The notes under the pieces are model-generated. The model was given only the letters and a program-made list of their open reading frames with translations, had not been told where the DNA came from and made no database searches. The translations under genes were made by a program, and so were the position numbers. A DNA stretch of 63,976 nucleotides, filler included, from Chrysochromulina tobinii (Eukaryota), in assembly GCA_001275005.1 (NCBI GenBank). It is 6 parts of 6 records of this genome, joined end to end, with 100 filler letters (N's around TTAATTAATTAA, not from the genome) between each part and the next. Parts side by side here need not be neighbours in the genome. Positions count along the whole stretch, not along the records: positions 60,467 to 62,668 come from JWZX01000915.1; positions 62,769 to 63,976 come from JWZX01001096.1; 4 more parts are not named here. One strand, written 5' to 3'. Shown one piece after another: positions 60,467-63,976 of this stretch (the stretch's first letter is position 1; every line of letters begins with the position of its first letter).

Positions 60467-62668
60467 CCGCATGCCCGTTACCTGTTTACCCGGGCGAGGG
60501 GCAATTCTGCGACCTATGCTGGCCGGTCACCTGCGGCTGCACGTGCATGTGTCAGTGCCAGTGCGACTTGGCTGAGCGCGCACCGCGGCAACGTCGCCTC
60601 AACGACATGGCGCACCGCCCGCATCACGTCGACCAAGACCTCGCTGAGCAGGCCATGCGAGTCTTTAAGGAATGGCTCGGGATCAGGCGCGTCGCCTGGC
60701 TCGAATGGCGGGATACGGTCGCGCGGCTGCCACATTTCGACCTCAACGACTCCGACGCGTCGGAAGACGAGGCGCCAATGGGCGGTATGCACTCAACGTC
60801 GAGGGGCGTGCACAATCTCGCCATGACTGGTGACATGCCCATCGCTCAGTATTCGATGGACGAGCTCCTCGACCTCCTCGACCACGCCCTTGACAACGAT
60901 GCGACAGCTGCAGACGCGGCTCGCCTCACCGTCCTGATCGCCCAACGTACGGGCACACGGACCATCAGGCCGTCCGCACTCGCCGCCGTGACGGCGGCGT
61001 GCCGTTACCTCCGCAAACCGCACGTATACGCATCGCCCGCGCACGCCGCCACCGCCTGCGGCTGCAACGTTCGCACCTGCGAACAATGGGTCGATAAGAT
61101 CCAGGCATGCATGCTCGCCGAGGCGAGCTCGGCGGCCGCAGCGGCGGCAGCACCGACGGGCGCATCGGCGTCAGGGAGCTCCACTGACCAGGCGAGTGTC
61201 ACCCCCGCGGCATGTTCGCCTGAGGAAGTGGCCGCCATCGATAGCCTGGTCCTGCTCAGCGACGAGCAGCACGTCACACGCCCACATGGCGACGAACCGC
61301 CGCCGACCCTCCCCCCATCCCCGCCCAGCGCGACAGTCCCGCCGGGCAAGGCGACGCCGCGCACGCCCAAGCGCGCAAGGGGCGCATACGTGGCCTCGAT
61401 CCTCACGACCCGAGGCGGCACTACACACGAGGGAGCAGCCCGACCGGCGACGCCGTCCGCTGCCGACACGGCCATCCTCCAACTGGCACTACAGTCGCTC
61501 AGCGACGAGGATCTTGAGCAGCTGTGTATCGGACCCGAGGGCGATGAGGCGGCACCACAACCCGTCGACAGCCTCTCCCTTGAGGACTTGCGCATGCTAC
61601 CCGGGACGGACACGCCCCGAGGACGGAGCGCGCCCGAACGACGTCGTCCGCACGGCGCGTCTTCCAACGCGCCAGCCTCGCTCGGGGGACTTCATCGCTG
61701 GAACGCCCCGTACGAGCATCCTCGAGAGACGCTGGATGACGTCGCACGGGCCCAGCAGTCCTCCGCATGGCACGAGTTCAGCACCGCCATCGATTCGACC
61801 TGGGAGGAATTTACCGTCGCGCACGCGACAGCAAGGGGCACGCACAATCCTAATATGATTGGCGATATGCCCAACGCACAGGACGCGGCGTCCGCGTCAC
61901 CAACGCCGCTCTACGGCGCGCACCGACCGCCGCCCACGCCCAAGGCGTTGAGCTCACCGAGGTGCGCGGCGTCCTCAAGGGCATCTGCGCGCGATACAAG
62001 GCACGCTGGGGCGACGAGGCCTTCGTGCCTAACCGGAAGCAGCCCTTCTCCAGCAAGCACATGCTCGAGATCGTCGCGCTCCTCACCAACCCCGATACGA
62101 CCCTCACCGCGTGGAGCGACGTACTGCGGATGGCGATCCTCACGGCGCTCTGCTACGCTCTCTCCACCGGCGCACGCAAGGACGAATGGACGGCCTCATT
62201 CGAAGGTGACTCGTTCGTGCGCCGCGCGAGCTTCGCTTGGGTCGACAAGGACGGCAACGACCTACCGAGCTCCCCCGAGGTCATTGCCTCCCGCAAGCCC
62301 GGCGACCTGCTGCGGGGCAAGTCAGCACCCTCCAAGTGCGACCGCCTCAACATCGAGTGGGGCGGGCGGGACATGTGGTTCCGCTTCGACGACAAGAATC
62401 CCCTCAACTTTGCGCGGCGCTGGCAGCAGTGGGAGCTGGCGCACCCGTGCCCGGAGCGCGAGCGCTCAGTGTGGCCCGCCTTCTCGCCCACGGGGGACAA
62501 CAAGCCTTTCACCGGCACGCACGCCAACGCGCTGCTCCACGCGATCCTGCTCAAGGTCATGACGGAGGCGGAGGCGGCGAAGCGGTCCTGGCACAGCTGT
62601 CGCATAACCATCGCCACCCGCCTCTACGCGCGGCGCGGGGCTCGAACCAACGGCATCGCCGTCGATGC
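60467..62668 (+). mobile_element. Fragment of a tyrosine-recombinase element (DIRS/Ngaro-like)
   Basis: Short, intronless contig carrying a long ORF overlapped by a YR frame; no RT motifs seen in this fragment. Confidence 0.65.
61854..62668 (+). CDS. Tyrosine recombinase catalytic domain, partial
   Basis: RKQPFS, ALSTGARKDE (catalytic R), PSKCD (K), RSWHSCRITIATRL (HxxR); catalytic Tyr would lie beyond the gap; the frame opens after TAA 61851 with no nearby ATG. Confidence 0.8.
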
Positions 62669-62768
62669 NNNNNNNNNNNNNNNNNNNNNNNNNNNNNNNN
62701 NNNNNNNNNNNNTTAATTAATTAANNNNNNNNNNNNNNNNNNNNNNNNNNNNNNNNNNNNNNNNNNNN
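62669..62768. other. Artificial contig spacer
   Basis: N-TTAATTAATTAA-N. Confidence 0.97.
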
Positions 62769-63114
62769 GTAGCGCGGGGAGGGGCGCTGGGAGTGGGGTG
62801 TGGGGGACGTCCTGGGCAGGGTTGTATCTGGGTTTGTGTGATGTAGGAATTCCTATTGGCGCAACGCGCGTCGTATCGGTGTGTTTCAAAGGGAGCTGTT
62901 CGAGCTGGTGAAGCGTTCGCATCCATGTCGGGTGTGCGTCCCGCTGCTGTTCTTGCGCGCAGCACTCTCTGTGGCGATGGCGCGCGCACGCGCCTGGGGC
63001 GGGCGTGCACACAGTCACATACGCGCGCTCTCCGTTGCCCCGGCCCCCCCGCGCGTCACCACATCTCGCTCCGCTCACGATACCCTGTGTCCGCGCGCAG
63101 CAGACAACATAGCA

Positions 63115-63976
63115 ATGAAGGAGGAGGCGCAGGAGGAGGAGGGCGAGTCGCGCAAGACGAGAGCTGACGCGGAGACCAGCGTAACTCACCATGCAGAGCG
63201 AGCAATGCAACGCGCAGTCTCTGTGCTGGAAGAGGTCGCAGATCCCGAGCGCAACCCAGCCCCATCTCAACAACCGCATCCTGCCTGGCGACTCGACCTT
63301 CCAGTCGACAGGTCCGACACAGGCCCCCAGCGGTTGAATCGCATCAAGGCGAATGCCTTGCGCTTCTTATCGCAAGGCATCAATGGCGGCACAGATGCTG
63401 AGCTCAAGCTCATTGTCGGGATCCTCTTCACTCCACAGCTGCTCACGATTCAGGCTCCTTTCGACTCCGGCGGTGGATCGTCGTCATCCTTAGTCATCTC
63501 CGGCGGTGGATCGTCATCGTCAGCGCTGCGATCCGGCCCTGCCAGCAATGTGACCGTGTTCGTCATCTTTGATGGTAAAGGACGCCTCAAGAATTCGGTG
63601 AAGCGCTCGCTCAGGAACTTCGACAAAGTCAACGTCGACAAAGTCCAAGTTGACGACCCAGATGCTAAATGGTGGGAGAATTCCTTAACTCTCCTAAAAG
63701 CCGTCCCAATCCGTGACGTCTTGTCCCATGTCCTGCGAAGCCCGGAGAAGAACATGATGCAGGCATGGCAGGGAAACAACTCTTTTGGGGACAGCGTGAT
63801 CACATACCTCCAAAGACGCATCACGTCCACCATGGAGAGTGCAGACGCCGCCACCTCTGCCCAGAGCAAGATCCAGGACATGTGCAGTGGGCTCGACCCG
63901 TTGGGTCCTGGACGCAGCCGAAAGCGAGCGGCAGCGGCGCTCCTCTGCGGCCCTGCTGCTCCTCCCCTGCGACTTA
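63115..63976 (+). CDS. Hypothetical protein running off the window end (absent from the ORF track)
   Basis: Read by hand: MKEEAQEEEGESRK...; no stop from ATG 63115 to the end (>287 codons). Confidence 0.55.
   Translation, partial: MKEEAQEEEGESRKTRADAETSVTHHAERAMQRAVSVLEEVADPERNPAPSQQPHPAWRLDLPVDRSDTGPQRLNRIKANALRFLSQGINGGTDAELKLIVGILFTPQLLTIQAPFDSGGGSSSSLVISGGGSSSSALRSGPASNVTVFVIFDGKGRLKNSVKRSLRNFDKVNVDKVQVDDPDAKWWENSLTLLKAVPIRDVLSHVLRSPEKNMMQAWQGNNSFGDSVITYLQRRITSTMESADAATSAQSKIQDMCSGLDPLGPGRSRKRAAAALLCGPAAPPLRL

Noticed and set aside
15039..62768. TTAATTAATTAA palindromes flanked by N runs as a biological repeat
   Set aside because: Identical 100-nt scaffolding linkers with six-frame stops. 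They also mean the immune-like genes on different contigs cannot be called one defence island.
1..63976. tRNA, rRNA or other structured RNA genes
   Set aside because: None recognised by eye; tRNAscan-SE and Infernal would be needed to exclude them.

Overview
GC-rich eukaryotic nuclear DNA with spliceosomal introns, most likely a haptophyte alga of the Chrysochromulina/Prymnesiales type (inferred from codon bias, plastid-targeted genes and intron style). The window joins six contigs with artificial 100-nt N-TTAATTAATTAA-N spacers (15039, 32531, 53745, 60367, 62669), so adjacency across spacers means nothing. It holds about 24 protein genes and a tyrosine-recombinase retroelement fragment. Main points of interest: (1) a family of repeat-filled introns that share a CTGATTGCCTCCCTCATCAG-like 3' end and carry diverged copies of their own flanking exon ends or junctions ('exon-echo' introns), suggesting intron gain by duplication; (2) a recent duplication of an ankyrin-VHL-WWE-PARP gene, with one copy fused to FG repeats and a Gle1 mRNA-export domain and amino-acid differences clustered at the NAD+ site; (3) a XanA-like dioxygenase fused to an AroM-family domain; (4) other immune-like architectures: LRR-ROC-COR with an ART-like tail, an MLKL-like helical bundle with ankyrin, and a eukaryotic DUF262 protein. 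All domain calls come from motif recognition by eye; no database searches were run.
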